A stretch of 64,000 bases of DNA, from positions 11,268 to 75,267 of the forward strand of contig JACRAE010000001.1 in assembly GCA_016213525.1 (NCBI GenBank), read 5' to 3'. Every line of letters starts with the position of its first letter. Position 1 is the stretch's first letter. The notes below the pieces were generated by a model. The model worked only from the letters and a program-made list of their open reading frames with translations. It searched no databases and was not told the origin of the DNA. Both the position numbers and the translations under genes were made by a program. This document shows positions 1 to 7,580 of this stretch, one piece after another. The DNA comes from Candidatus Aenigmatarchaeota archaeon (GTDB lineage Archaea > Aenigmatarchaeota > Aenigmatarchaeia > CG10238-14 > SCSR01).

Positions 1-1
1 C

Positions 2-235
2 GACTCGCAGAAGGTCGCGAGGGCCTTCGGCGCGGTCTGCACGCCGGACCCGTTCCTCTTCGACGCCTCCGGGAAGCTCGTCTACCACGGGAGGATAGAC
101 AGCGCCGCCGGGATGGAGACGACGACCAACGGCGACGTGATGGAGGCCGCGATAAACAAGACGCTCGCGGGCGAGGCGGTGAGGGACAGCTTCCTGCCGG
201 CGACCGGGTGCTCGATAAAGTGGAAGAACGCGTAA
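2..235 (+). CDS. thioredoxin-fold (TlpA/AhpC-TSA-like) protein, C-terminal fragment; 5' end lies outside the window
   Basis: Frame is open from the window edge to TAA at 233-235. The translation ...CTPDPFLFDASGKLVYHGRID...GCSIKWKNA resembles C-termini of thioredoxin-family thiol-disulfide oxidoreductases. Confidence 0.6.
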   Translation, partial: DSQKVARAFGAVCTPDPFLFDASGKLVYHGRIDSAAGMETTTNGDVMEAAINKTLAGEAVRDSFLPATGCSIKWKNA

Positions 236-238
236 CGC

Positions 239-269
239 TTATAAGTACATTTTCCTAACTTCCGTGTCT
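239..269 (+). promoter_or_regulatory. promoter module P1 (TATA box plus conserved initiator region), probably giving a leaderless mRNA
   Basis: TTATAAG at 239-245 lies 31 nt upstream of ATG 270. The block ttataagtacattttcctaacttccgtgtct is about 85% identical to 624-655. Confidence 0.5.
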
Positions 270-620
270 ATGAACAGCCCAAACAAGGTCGTAGAATATG
301 GGAATAGCATAAATTCCAAGCTACCCGAGGGTCAGAAGATAGACTTCAATGACAGCTACCACGGTCCTCTGGGAATCCTATGGAACATTAGTTTTAACTA
401 TGAGGGGATTGGCGACGTCAATCCGTCCCACATAGGCTTCCTGAAGAGTTTCAGGCTCATCGAAGAGGACCTTTCTTCTACGAGGAAATACACGGCGAAT
501 AAAAGCGGCAAGGAGATGGCCATATTTTACATGGCCGCCCTGGAGAACAAGCTGAAGCAGCTCGACCCAACAGTAGAGAGGCTGTACGAGATTGACGTGA
601 TGAGCTTCAAGCATGAGTAA
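270..620 (+). CDS. hypothetical protein (116 aa)
   Basis: ORF-track frame 264-620; the first ATG is at 270, directly after promoter module P1. I recognise no motif. Confidence 0.5.
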   Translation: MNSPNKVVEYGNSINSKLPEGQKIDFNDSYHGPLGILWNISFNYEGIGDVNPSHIGFLKSFRLIEEDLSSTRKYTANKSGKEMAIFYMAALENKLKQLDPTVERLYEIDVMSFKHE

Positions 621-622
621 GA

Positions 623-655
623 TTTATAAGTTTATTTTTCTAACTTTCGTGTCTA
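623..655 (+). promoter_or_regulatory. promoter module P2, a paralogous copy of P1
   Basis: TTTATAAG at 623-630 lies 32 nt upstream of ATG 656. It shares ctaactt(c/t)cgtgtct with P1. Confidence 0.5.
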
Positions 656-970
656 ATGAAGATTGAAGACAGGGGTTACTCCCGGAAGGAGATCCGGTCC
701 AACGTCGCCGCGGTCCTGATTTCGGACGTCCTCGGCAGGGAGTCGAAGTACGGTATTCCCAGCGCCTACGTCGGCCCGTATTCGGCCTGGATGCAGAAGA
801 AGGGCCTCATAGACGCGAACGGCTTCGTGACGGAGAAGGGCAAATCGTTGGTAGAGGCCCCGGCCAAGAGGGACGACGATATTTATTCCATCATAAAGAA
901 GGACAGCGAGGTGTTCGTCCTCTCCAACCTCCCCGAGGGCCCCGGCAGCGCCTCCCTCTACAAATTCTAG
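656..970 (+). CDS. hypothetical protein (104 aa), possibly winged-helix-like
   Basis: ATG-started ORF. The segment SAWMQKKGLIDANGFVTEKGKSLV resembles the recognition-helix and wing part of MarR/PadR-type wHTH proteins. This is a weak call. Confidence 0.5.
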   Translation: MKIEDRGYSRKEIRSNVAAVLISDVLGRESKYGIPSAYVGPYSAWMQKKGLIDANGFVTEKGKSLVEAPAKRDDDIYSIIKKDSEVFVLSNLPEGPGSASLYKF

Positions 971-1374
971 CGCCTTCGTCCGACCTTTATCCTCTGCCTG
1001 TAGAAGTCCACCCATATCCCCGTCCACATCAGTATCGACGTGACGGGCATGGCTATCTTGATCCAGCTGAACTCCTTGTAGAGGAGGACGGACGCCTGCC
1101 AGTCCACGAATATCACGAAGAACGACGCGAAGTAGTACAGGGCGAGCACCAGCGAGAAGTTCCTCGCCAGCACGACCGAGAAGTACTTCTCGTCGGTCAC
1201 CAGTATGGTGGTCCTGCTCAGCATGAAGAGGAACCATGCAAGCGACAGGACGCCGACTATGGCGGCGCCCGCGTAGTCCGCGAAACCCGCCACCCTGAAG
1301 CTGAATATGAAGCCGAAAAAATAATATCCGACCAGCGCGGCCGCGTACACCCATCTCCTGTCCAGACCAAACAT
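967..1374 (-). CDS. small polytopic membrane protein, paralog A
   Basis: 135 aa with 4 hydrophobic spans. Clearly homologous to the ORF at 1439-1819; shared segments include FSFRVAGFADYAGAA, FFVIFVDWQAS and MWTGIWVDFYRQR. Confidence 0.65.
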   Translation of the reverse strand: MFGLDRRWVYAAALVGYYFFGFIFSFRVAGFADYAGAAIVGVLSLAWFLFMLSRTTILVTDEKYFSVVLARNFSLVLALYYFASFFVIFVDWQASVLLYKEFSWIKIAMPVTSILMWTGIWVDFYRQRIKVGRRR

Positions 1375-1382
1375 CAGATTGA

Positions 1383-1422
1383 CACCTAAATCTAGGATGG
1401 TCCGCCGCTAATTTATAGAAAC
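1383..1422. repeat. upstream repeat copy A (cacctaaatctaggatgg...taatttatagaaac)
   Basis: Duplicated at 1826-1864. It contains the TATA-like TAATTTATAG and, on the minus strand, an AGGTG Shine-Dalgarno-like element 9 nt before ATG 1374. Confidence 0.6.
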
Positions 1423-1438
1423 TACGGGATGACGCCGT

Positions 1439-1819
1439 TCATATGTTTCCTTTGACCCTCTGCCTGTAGAAGTCCACCCATATCCCGGTCCACATCGCTA
1501 TCGAGGCTCCCGACATGATTAGTTTTATCCAGCTGTAGCTCGTCTTGAACCAGTTGGACGCCTGCCAGTCGACGAAAATCACGAAGAACGCGATGAAGTA
1601 GTATATCGACAGCACTATCGCGAGGTCCTTCAGGTCCGCTATGAGTATGGACGACCTGGTCGCCATGAAGATGAACCACACGAAGGAGGTGACGCCCACG
1701 GCCGCAGCGCCCGCGTAGTCCGCGAAACCCGCCACCCTGAAGCTGAATATGAAGACGAAGAAGTAGTATCCCACCAGAACGGCCGCATAGCCCCACTTCC
1801 TGTCCAGCCCGAGAACCAC
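1439..1819 (-). CDS. small polytopic membrane protein, paralog B (GTG start)
   Basis: 126 aa. Tandem paralog of the ORF at 967-1374 with the same upstream repeat. Confidence 0.65.
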   Translation of the reverse strand: MVLGLDRKWGYAAVLVGYYFFVFIFSFRVAGFADYAGAAAVGVTSFVWFIFMATRSSILIADLKDLAIVLSIYYFIAFFVIFVDWQASNWFKTSYSWIKLIMSGASIAMWTGIWVDFYRQRVKGNI

Positions 1820-1825
1820 CTTAGC

Positions 1826-1864
1826 ACCTGAATCTAGGATGGTTTGCTTTTAATTTATAGAAAC
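1826..1864. repeat. upstream repeat copy B
   Basis: cacctgaatctaggatgg...taatttatagaaac is a near-identical copy of 1383-1422. The gene and its promoter were therefore duplicated together. Confidence 0.6.
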
Positions 1865-1875
1865 CAATCCCTTCA

Positions 1876-1977
1876 CATGAAGAAGTGCGACTGGTGCGGC
1901 AAGGACGTCCCGTTCTCGCAGCTGAAGCTGAAGGGGAAGTTCTACTGCTCCCAGGAATGCATGGACTCATCCAAGTA
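1876..1977 (+). CDS. 33-aa zinc-finger micro-protein (TRASH/FCS-like CxxC...CxxxC)
   Basis: Read by hand, since it is below the ORF-track cutoff: MKKCDWCGKDVPFSQLKLKGKFYCSQECMDSSK. The TATA-like box at 1851-1860 lies about 25 nt upstream. Confidence 0.35.
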
Positions 1978-2335
1978 GTTCCTTTGACGGGTTCGAGAGT
2001 AGGACCTCGTACACCCTAATCCCCCCCGAGTCCGACCTTATCTGGAGCCGCATGTTCCTCGAGCCCTGCGTCGGCTCGCCTGGCCTCACGGCTATCTCCG
2101 AGTTCACGTTGTACGTCGAGAACCCGGCGCCGCAGTACACCGGGCTCACGTTCTCCACGGTGTAGTTCGAGTGGCCCTCGCCCTCCATGAACGACCCTAT
2201 GGCGGAGTCGATCTCGGACGCGCTCAGCTCCCTGCAGCCGCTCGGCGGGATTTCCTGTATTCCATACGACGCGAAAAAATACGCCACCGAGGACGCGATT
2301 GCCGCCACAAAGATCATCGGGACAAGGAGCCTCAT
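1967..2335 (-). CDS. hypothetical protein with N-terminal signal/anchor (122 aa)
   Basis: ORF with a hydrophobic N-terminus, MRLLVPMIFVAAIASSVAYFFA. No motif recognised. Confidence 0.45.
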   Translation of the reverse strand: MRLLVPMIFVAAIASSVAYFFASYGIQEIPPSGCRELSASEIDSAIGSFMEGEGHSNYTVENVSPVYCGAGFSTYNVNSEIAVRPGEPTQGSRNMRLQIRSDSGGIRVYEVLLSNPSKELLG

Positions 2336-2350
2336 GTCGATTTTCCCCGT

Positions 2351-3256
2351 TCACATTATCTGGAGGCTGTTGGCCCCCTTCGAGTACCACTCGCGCAGCT
2401 GGTCCTCGGTGTAAAGCTCGTACTCCTGCGCCAGGTACCTCGCGTGCCCTGTCAGGCGGTCGACTATCGGCCCCGGCACGCCGGCGGCGATGAGTTGGGT
2501 CTTGAACCACTTCCTCAGCGAGTGCGGGTGCATCTTGAACCTCTTGCCCTCCTTCGCGCTGAACTTCCTCATCGCGTTGTTCAGTATGAACTGGAGGTTC
2601 TGGTAGGTCATGCTCCTCTCGTCGTCCGTCGATATGAGGGGCGCGTCGGGCCCCTTCGACTTCCTGGTCGCTATGTATTCCTCGAGGATTTTCTTCGCCT
2701 CGCCCGTCACAAATGTTATCCTGCCCTTCCTCTCCTTTGCGCCCGCCGCCCTGACCCGGATCGTGGCCGGGTCCTTGTCCAGGTTCACGTCGCCCATCTT
2801 CAGCTGGTGGAGCTCGCCTATCCTAAGGCCGCCCGAGGACATCATCGCTATGCAGACCTTCGCCTTGATGTTGCCGGCCTCGTACACCCTCCTGAGCTCC
2901 TCCCTAGTCGGGAGCGAGTCCTCGTGTATGTTGTAGACCTTTATCGGGACCTTCTTCGTGACCTCTATCCCGTTCGCGGAGAGGAACTTCTTCAGCGACG
3001 CGGACCATGCCGCAACGGACTTCGGCGCGAGGTTGGAGGATGCCAGCTTCACGACGAAGTCCCTGTACGTCTCGTTCGCGTCCCTGCGGCCGGACTTCAT
3101 GTTCTCCACGAGCTCGTCCGGGTTCTCTACGCCGAGGTGGCGGAAAAATTGTCGCAGGCCCTTCAGGTACGTCTTCTCCGTGTTGGCGCTCCTCGTGAGG
3201 AGCTTGAGCTCGCCCATCATCCTGTCCACGGACTTGAACGACCGAAGGTCTTCCAT
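2351..3256 (-). CDS. tyrosine-type site-specific recombinase/integrase
   Basis: 301 aa. The C-terminal catalytic signature is GLRIGEL ... HPHSLRKWF ... LTGHA ... Y, which matches the R-H-R-Y family pattern. An N-terminal SAM-like core-binding region is also present. Confidence 0.85.
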   Translation of the reverse strand: MEDLRSFKSVDRMMGELKLLTRSANTEKTYLKGLRQFFRHLGVENPDELVENMKSGRRDANETYRDFVVKLASSNLAPKSVAAWSASLKKFLSANGIEVTKKVPIKVYNIHEDSLPTREELRRVYEAGNIKAKVCIAMMSSGGLRIGELHQLKMGDVNLDKDPATIRVRAAGAKERKGRITFVTGEAKKILEEYIATRKSKGPDAPLISTDDERSMTYQNLQFILNNAMRKFSAKEGKRFKMHPHSLRKWFKTQLIAAGVPGPIVDRLTGHARYLAQEYELYTEDQLREWYSKGANSLQIM

Positions 3257-3332
3257 TGAGATAATTTGAGGGGAGCAGGATATATCGTTTCGAATGGGAA
3301 AGTCTTAAGCCGCCCGACGGCAATTTATTCCC

Positions 3333-3794
3333 ATGGCAGTCGACAACAGGCCGCTCAACATCATCATAACCATAGTTGCCGTGACCTTCGCCTACCTCGT
3401 CTACGATTATTTCGTCGCCGTCCCGTCTGCACAGTCCCCGGGCGCGGATTCGTGCCTGTCGGACTCGGACTGCCCGGCGATATACTGCATAAGGGCGCCG
3501 TGCCCGCAGAGCGTGTGTGAAAACAACAGGTGCGTGATGACGGAGGCGCCCGAAGAGACACCGGTTCCTACGGAGCCGATTGAAACCGTGAGGGAGAGCG
3601 GCGGCTGCAAGATAGGCGGGTGCTCGGGACAGCTCTGCTCCGACGCGTCCGAGGGTCCGATGTTCACGACCTGCGAGTGGAGCGAGGCCTACGGGTGCTA
3701 CCAGGAGCTGGGAGTGTGCGAGAGGCAGGAGGGCGGGAAGTGCGGATGGACCCAGACGGACGTCTTGAAGCAGTGCCTATTGGAGAAGTCTTAG
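3333..3794 (+). CDS. membrane-anchored cysteine-rich secreted protein
   Basis: 153 aa with an N-terminal TM span and two Cys-rich modules. The C-terminal module, CKIGGCSGQLCS...CEWSEAYGCY...CERQEGGKCGW, resembles from memory the eight-cysteine-cluster domain family. Confidence 0.6.
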   Translation: MAVDNRPLNIIITIVAVTFAYLVYDYFVAVPSAQSPGADSCLSDSDCPAIYCIRAPCPQSVCENNRCVMTEAPEETPVPTEPIETVRESGGCKIGGCSGQLCSDASEGPMFTTCEWSEAYGCYQELGVCERQEGGKCGWTQTDVLKQCLLEKS

Positions 3795-3806
3795 ATAGTT
3801 TTCAGC

Positions 3807-5207
3807 TCAGCGTACCTTCTTCACTTCTATGAGCTGGCTCTCCTTGTGTCCCTTGAAGACGTCGGATATCACGACGACGAGGTCCTCGTTCTTCACGAAC
3901 CCGTCCGACTTCAGCGTCTCGATTGCGTTGTTGATGTTCTCCCTCGAGTGGTCCGAGAGGTCCGCCCTGTAGGAGTACACTCCCCTCGAGAGCTGGTTGA
4001 AGTGGTGCACCTGGTCGTACCTGGTGAACGCGAACACCGGGGTCGTCGGCCTGTACTTCGAGGTCAGGCGGGCTAGCCTCCCGGTGCTCGTGAAAACGAT
4101 TATGGCCTTCGCGCCGAGGTTCCTCGCCAGCATCGACGCGGCGAGCGTTATCTCCTCCCTTATGCTCCTCTTCTCCTCGCCCCTCAGAGGCATGACGAAC
4201 TTCTCTTCCCTCTCCATCCTGTTGCATATCTTGGTCATGGCCTCCACGCAGCGCACCGGGTACTTCCCCACGCTCGTCTCGGCGGAGAGCATTATCATGT
4301 CCGTCTTCTGGTAGACGGCCGTCGCCACGTCGGAGACCTCCGCCCTCGTGGGCACCGGGCTCTCGATCATCGACTCCATCATCTGGGTCGCGACTATGAC
4401 GGGCTTGCCCTTCTCCCTGCACCTGTTGATTATGTCCCTCTGCAGCAGCGGCACGTCCTCCAGCGGGACTTCGGCGCCGAGGTCGCCCCTCGCGACCATT
4501 ATGCCGTCCGACGCCTCGAGTATCTCGTCCAGGTTCTTCGCGCCGACCGCGTCCTCTATCTTCGCTATCAGGAACACGTAGGTCTTCAGCCTGTCTGCGA
4601 TCTTCCTGACCTTCTCCACCTCCGCGGCGTGCCTGATGAAGCTGAGGGTGAATATGCGCACGCCGTGCTTGATTGCGAACTCCACGTCCTCCATCTCCTT
4701 CTTCGTTATCCCGCTCAGGTCCATCTGCAGGCCGGGTATGTTCAGCGACTTCTTGCTCTTTATCGTGCCGGACGTGACGACCTTGCACAGGGCCCACTCC
4801 TCGTGGTGCTTCTCGACGAACATCTCGATGTTGCCGTCGTCGATGAAGATCTTCATGCCCTGCTTGAGCGCCTTGAATATGTTGGTGTTCATCTCCGCTC
4901 CCTTGTTTATGGTCCTCCTCACCTTGCCGAACCTGAGCTCGAAGTTCTCCCCGGCGACCACGTCTATCGGGCTCTTCAGCTCCTCTATCCTGAGCTCCGT
5001 GCCCTTCGTGTCCAAAATTACAGGTATCGGGAACAGCAGGCTCTCGTTCGCCTTCTCCACCTCCTTGATGTAGCCCATCATGGTCTTCATGTCGGCGTGG
5101 CTCATGTTGATCCTTGCGGCGTTCATGCCGGCCTTCGAGAGCTCGACTATCTTCTGCGCCGTGCCCGCCGCGGGGCCGAGCGTGCATATTATCTTCGTCT
5201 TTTTCAT
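3807..5207 (-). CDS. pyk: pyruvate kinase
   Basis: 466 aa. It shows the MKKTKIICTLGP...ARINMSHA N-terminus, the MVARGDLG motif and typical length. Confidence 0.95.
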   Translation of the reverse strand: MKKTKIICTLGPAAGTAQKIVELSKAGMNAARINMSHADMKTMMGYIKEVEKANESLLFPIPVILDTKGTELRIEELKSPIDVVAGENFELRFGKVRRTINKGAEMNTNIFKALKQGMKIFIDDGNIEMFVEKHHEEWALCKVVTSGTIKSKKSLNIPGLQMDLSGITKKEMEDVEFAIKHGVRIFTLSFIRHAAEVEKVRKIADRLKTYVFLIAKIEDAVGAKNLDEILEASDGIMVARGDLGAEVPLEDVPLLQRDIINRCREKGKPVIVATQMMESMIESPVPTRAEVSDVATAVYQKTDMIMLSAETSVGKYPVRCVEAMTKICNRMEREEKFVMPLRGEEKRSIREEITLAASMLARNLGAKAIIVFTSTGRLARLTSKYRPTTPVFAFTRYDQVHHFNQLSRGVYSYRADLSDHSRENINNAIETLKSDGFVKNEDLVVVISDVFKGHKESQLIEVKKVR

Positions 5208-5268
5208 TCCTATTCCTTGGTTTCAATGTGGGAAATAGCTTATATTGCTTTCCAGGCATGAGCAGTCC

Positions 5269-5652
5269 ATGGAGAAAGGCAAGGAAGACCTGAGGAAGAG
5301 GCTCACGCCGGAGCAGTTCCGCGTGACGCAGGAGAAGGCTACCGAGGCGCCGTTCACGGGCGAGTACGTCCACACAAAGGACAGGGGAGTCTACAGGTGC
5401 GTCGTGTGCGGGAACGAGCTGTTCAGCTCCGAGGACAAGTTCGACTCGGGGACGGGATGGCCAAGCTTCACCAGGCCCAAGAAAAAGTCGAGCCTGGGCG
5501 AGAGGAAGGACCGCTCCCTCTTCGTAGAAAGGACAGAGGTTGTCTGTGACAAATGCGGCGCCCACCTCGGACATGTCTTCGACGACGGCCCGGGTCCGGA
5601 AGGCAAGAGGTTCTGCATAAACTCCTGCTCGCTGAAGATGGAGAAGAAGTGA
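5269..5652 (+). CDS. msrB: peptide-methionine (R)-S-oxide reductase MsrB
   Basis: It carries CxxC...CxxC zinc sites, GTGWPSF, and the catalytic RFCINS motif. I prefer the first ATG at 5269 over the ORF-track TTG at 5245. Confidence 0.93.
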   Translation: MEKGKEDLRKRLTPEQFRVTQEKATEAPFTGEYVHTKDRGVYRCVVCGNELFSSEDKFDSGTGWPSFTRPKKKSSLGERKDRSLFVERTEVVCDKCGAHLGHVFDDGPGPEGKRFCINSCSLKMEKK

Positions 5653-5901
5653 CTATTTTCTATATGGTTCGCAGTTTGATTTTCCACCCGCCCATTTCCT
5701 GGCGTCTTTTTCAATATCATGTTTGCATAGGGCGTTGAACACCATCTCGTAGATGCTGATTCCCCTCATCTGGGCTTGGGAGTCCATCCACCTCAGGCCG
5801 TCGGCGAGTTCCGGGTCGTGCTCCGAGAAGATGACGAGGTCGTCGACCATCTTCCTGAACATCACGTTGTATTCCCGAGCTTTCCTCTCGTATGAATCCA
5901 T
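5653..5901 (-). CDS. hypothetical protein (82 aa)
   Basis: ATG-started ORF convergent with msrB. No motif recognised. Confidence 0.4.
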   Translation of the reverse strand: MDSYERKAREYNVMFRKMVDDLVIFSEHDPELADGLRWMDSQAQMRGISIYEMVFNALCKHDIEKDARKWAGGKSNCEPYRK

Positions 5902-6031
5902 GATGTACAGTTGTCGGTCGTTGGATTAATATCGGTCGGAACGCGCGCCTGGAAGAGCCGCGCCGAACATCCGTAGAAAATTAATATAAAATAAAAAATT
6001 TTCTTGAAATTTTTATGCTAAATCTTTCAAT

Positions 6032-6199
6032 TTAGAATTTCTTGTGCTTTTGGAAGCAGTCCCTGCAATAGACAGGCCTGCCCTCCGTCGGCTTGAAAGG
6101 AACCTGAGTCTCTTGTCCACAGTCAGAGCACTTTACGTTGTGCATCTCTCTCGGACCCGAGCTTCTGTTTCCGCCAAAACCGCGGTCATTGAATCCCAT
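6032..6199 (-). CDS. CxxC-x17-CxxC zinc-ribbon protein (55 aa)
   Basis: MGFNDRGFGGNRSS...KCSDCGQETQVPFKPTEGRPVYCRDCFQKHKKF. I chose ATG 6199 because GGAGTG lies 6 nt upstream; the ORF-track start at 6271 looks like an over-extension. Confidence 0.6.
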   Translation of the reverse strand: MGFNDRGFGGNRSSGPREMHNVKCSDCGQETQVPFKPTEGRPVYCRDCFQKHKKF

Positions 6200-6286
6200 A
6201 TTATTCACTCCTGCATAAAGGTAGGTTGCCGGGGTATTTAACCTCATGGGACTCGTGTCCGCGGTCCGCACGTCCTACAGAGCCTT

Positions 6287-6493
6287 CTATACCCAATTCG
6301 TCATCACGATGCTCCTCTTGGCCTTCATCGTGACGGGCCCCAGCTCGATCCTCGTCAGCTTCGACTTGGAGATCTCGTTGTATTTTTTGGAGTCGCCGAA
6401 GACTATCGTGGCAATGTAGATGTCGTCGCACATGTTAGTCTCGTTCGATACGTGCCTGCCACTCTTCCTGTAGAAATTATCGTTGCACCGCAT
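6287..6493 (-). CDS. hypothetical protein, possibly 5'-truncated
   Basis: 68-aa ORF. The same frame stays open for about 35 more codons upstream (to about 6615) without a canonical start codon. Confidence 0.3.
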   Translation of the reverse strand: MRCNDNFYRKSGRHVSNETNMCDDIYIATIVFGDSKKYNEISKSKLTRIELGPVTMKAKRSIVMTNWV

Positions 6494-6630
6494 GCACTTG
6501 TCCGTCGCGGTTTCCGATATGTAGCTGTATTCGTCGGCCGTGTTCCAAACCCCGAATCCTATAGGAGATAATTGGGAAGGCTGTGTATTAACGGTTTGTT
6601 TTGATATAATTTTTAAAAAATTACTTTCTC

Positions 6631-6669
6631 AATATATTTTAGAATAATTAATATTCTAGAAAATATATT
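6631..6669. repeat. imperfect 39-bp AT-rich palindrome
   Basis: aatatatttt (6631-6640) is the exact reverse complement of aaaatatatt (6660-6669). The inner arms are agaat and attct. Confidence 0.7.
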
Positions 6670-6829
6670 CTCGTGAGTATATGTTGGCGGCTCCTGAATT
6701 TTCCTACGATAGAAAGTTAGATTTTCGGGCCTACAGACAGACAAAACGCCGTTATTGGGCGATTTTAGAGCCTTAGTTTGAGATAATGTATGTTATCTCC
6801 AAGCAAAATTGACCCTAAACTAACCAATC

Positions 6830-6880
6830 TATATACTAAAAAATATATGTTCGTGAGACTTCTTCAACCTATTTTGATTT
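6830..6880 (+). repeat. about 50-bp direct repeat, copy R1
   Basis: tatatactaaaaaatatatgttcgtgagacttcttcaacctattttga is about 80% identical to 7134-7185. A partial third copy, aaatatattctcgtgag, lies at 6661-6677. Confidence 0.6.
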
Positions 6881-7099
6881 TTTGCCGTTGAGGTGCCACA
6901 TCAATCCGGCCATGACGATGAATATTGCACCGAAAACGAGGTGATCAGCATGGCTCGCTTTGAAATCCAAGCCCATCCCAACGTGCATTTCGTGCGGAGC
7001 GAGCAGATAGAACAGTCCCACCAGGACAAAAATACCGGTCGGTACGGCCCTAAAGAAGAGATTTTGATCCTTTTTGACTTTTAGGCGCCTCTTTGCCAC
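6869..7099 (-). CDS. small two-TM membrane protein (76 aa)
   Basis: ATG-started ORF with two hydrophobic spans, bracketed by repeats R1 and R2. Confidence 0.4.
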   Translation of the reverse strand: MAKRRLKVKKDQNLFFRAVPTGIFVLVGLFYLLAPHEMHVGMGLDFKASHADHLVFGAIFIVMAGLMWHLNGKKSK

Positions 7100-7133
7100 A
7101 ATTTATGTTGGTTTTTGAGAAAAATAAGCTAAT

Positions 7134-7185
7134 TATATACTATAAAACATATGTTCGTGTGTCTTTATAACCCATTTTGGTCTAT
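7134..7185 (+). repeat. about 50-bp direct repeat, copy R2
   Basis: tatatactataaaacatatgttcgtgtgtctttataacccattttgg matches R1. Confidence 0.6.
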
Positions 7186-7200
7186 TTTCGACCGTTTTGT
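7171..7200. repeat. phased T-tract cluster A (CCATTTTGGTC-type units)
   Basis: cccATTTTggtctATTTTcgaccgTTTTgt, with tracts starting about 10-11 bp apart. Confidence 0.55.
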
Positions 7201-7340
7201 AATCTATGGAGGCCATTTTCAACAATCTTTAGACTTTTTATAATCTATTTTGCGCTTATAAATATAATCAAGAATACAGAAACTTATATGTAATTGTTAT
7301 TTATATAACAAATATAGATATAGAAACCTGGAAAATCTAT

Positions 7341-7385
7341 CAATTTTAGATCCATTTTAGGTCGTTTTAGGGATAATTTTGGCCT
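7341..7385. repeat. phased T-tract cluster B
   Basis: caATTTTagatccATTTTaggtcgTTTTagggataATTTTggcc has four tracts at about 11-bp spacing. The unit CCATTTTAGGTC resembles the unit of cluster A. Confidence 0.55.
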
Positions 7386-7398
7386 TCTAGTATGGTCG

Positions 7399-7503
7399 AA
7401 GTGAGAGTTTTGTGTTAATATCATAAAAAGTCATATATAGTCATATATTTCTAACGGTGTTATATCATCATGATAAGTCATCACAAAGTGAAAGTGAGAG
7501 TTT
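7399..7503 (+). repeat. pair of perfect 12-mers AAGTGAGAGTTT with related copies nearby
   Basis: Exact copies lie at 7399-7410 and 7492-7503. Degenerate copies are agtgagttta (7531-7540) and aagtgagga (7557-7565). A tandem GTCATATAT(A/T) x2 lies between them at 7430-7449. Confidence 0.7.
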
Positions 7504-7580
7504 AAGGCCATTTTGGATTAAAAACAAGATAGTGAGTTTAACAAGGTTTATATGTAAGTGAGGACATATACAATGTAGTT

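Noticed and set aside
2351-3256. Calling the tyrosine recombinase XerA outright.
   Set aside because: The catalytic-region motifs differ from the XerA pattern I recall, and no dif-like site was identified. I left it as a generic tyrosine recombinase/integrase.
256-7165. The TTCGTG(T/A) element shared between promoter modules P1/P2 (256-266, 645-655) and the island repeats (6673, 6851, 7155), as evidence that 0.2-9.1 kb is one mobile element.
   Set aside because: The shared string is only about 6-8 nt. The interval contains clearly housekeeping, host-composition genes (pyk, msrB). The similarity is too short to support a single-element model.
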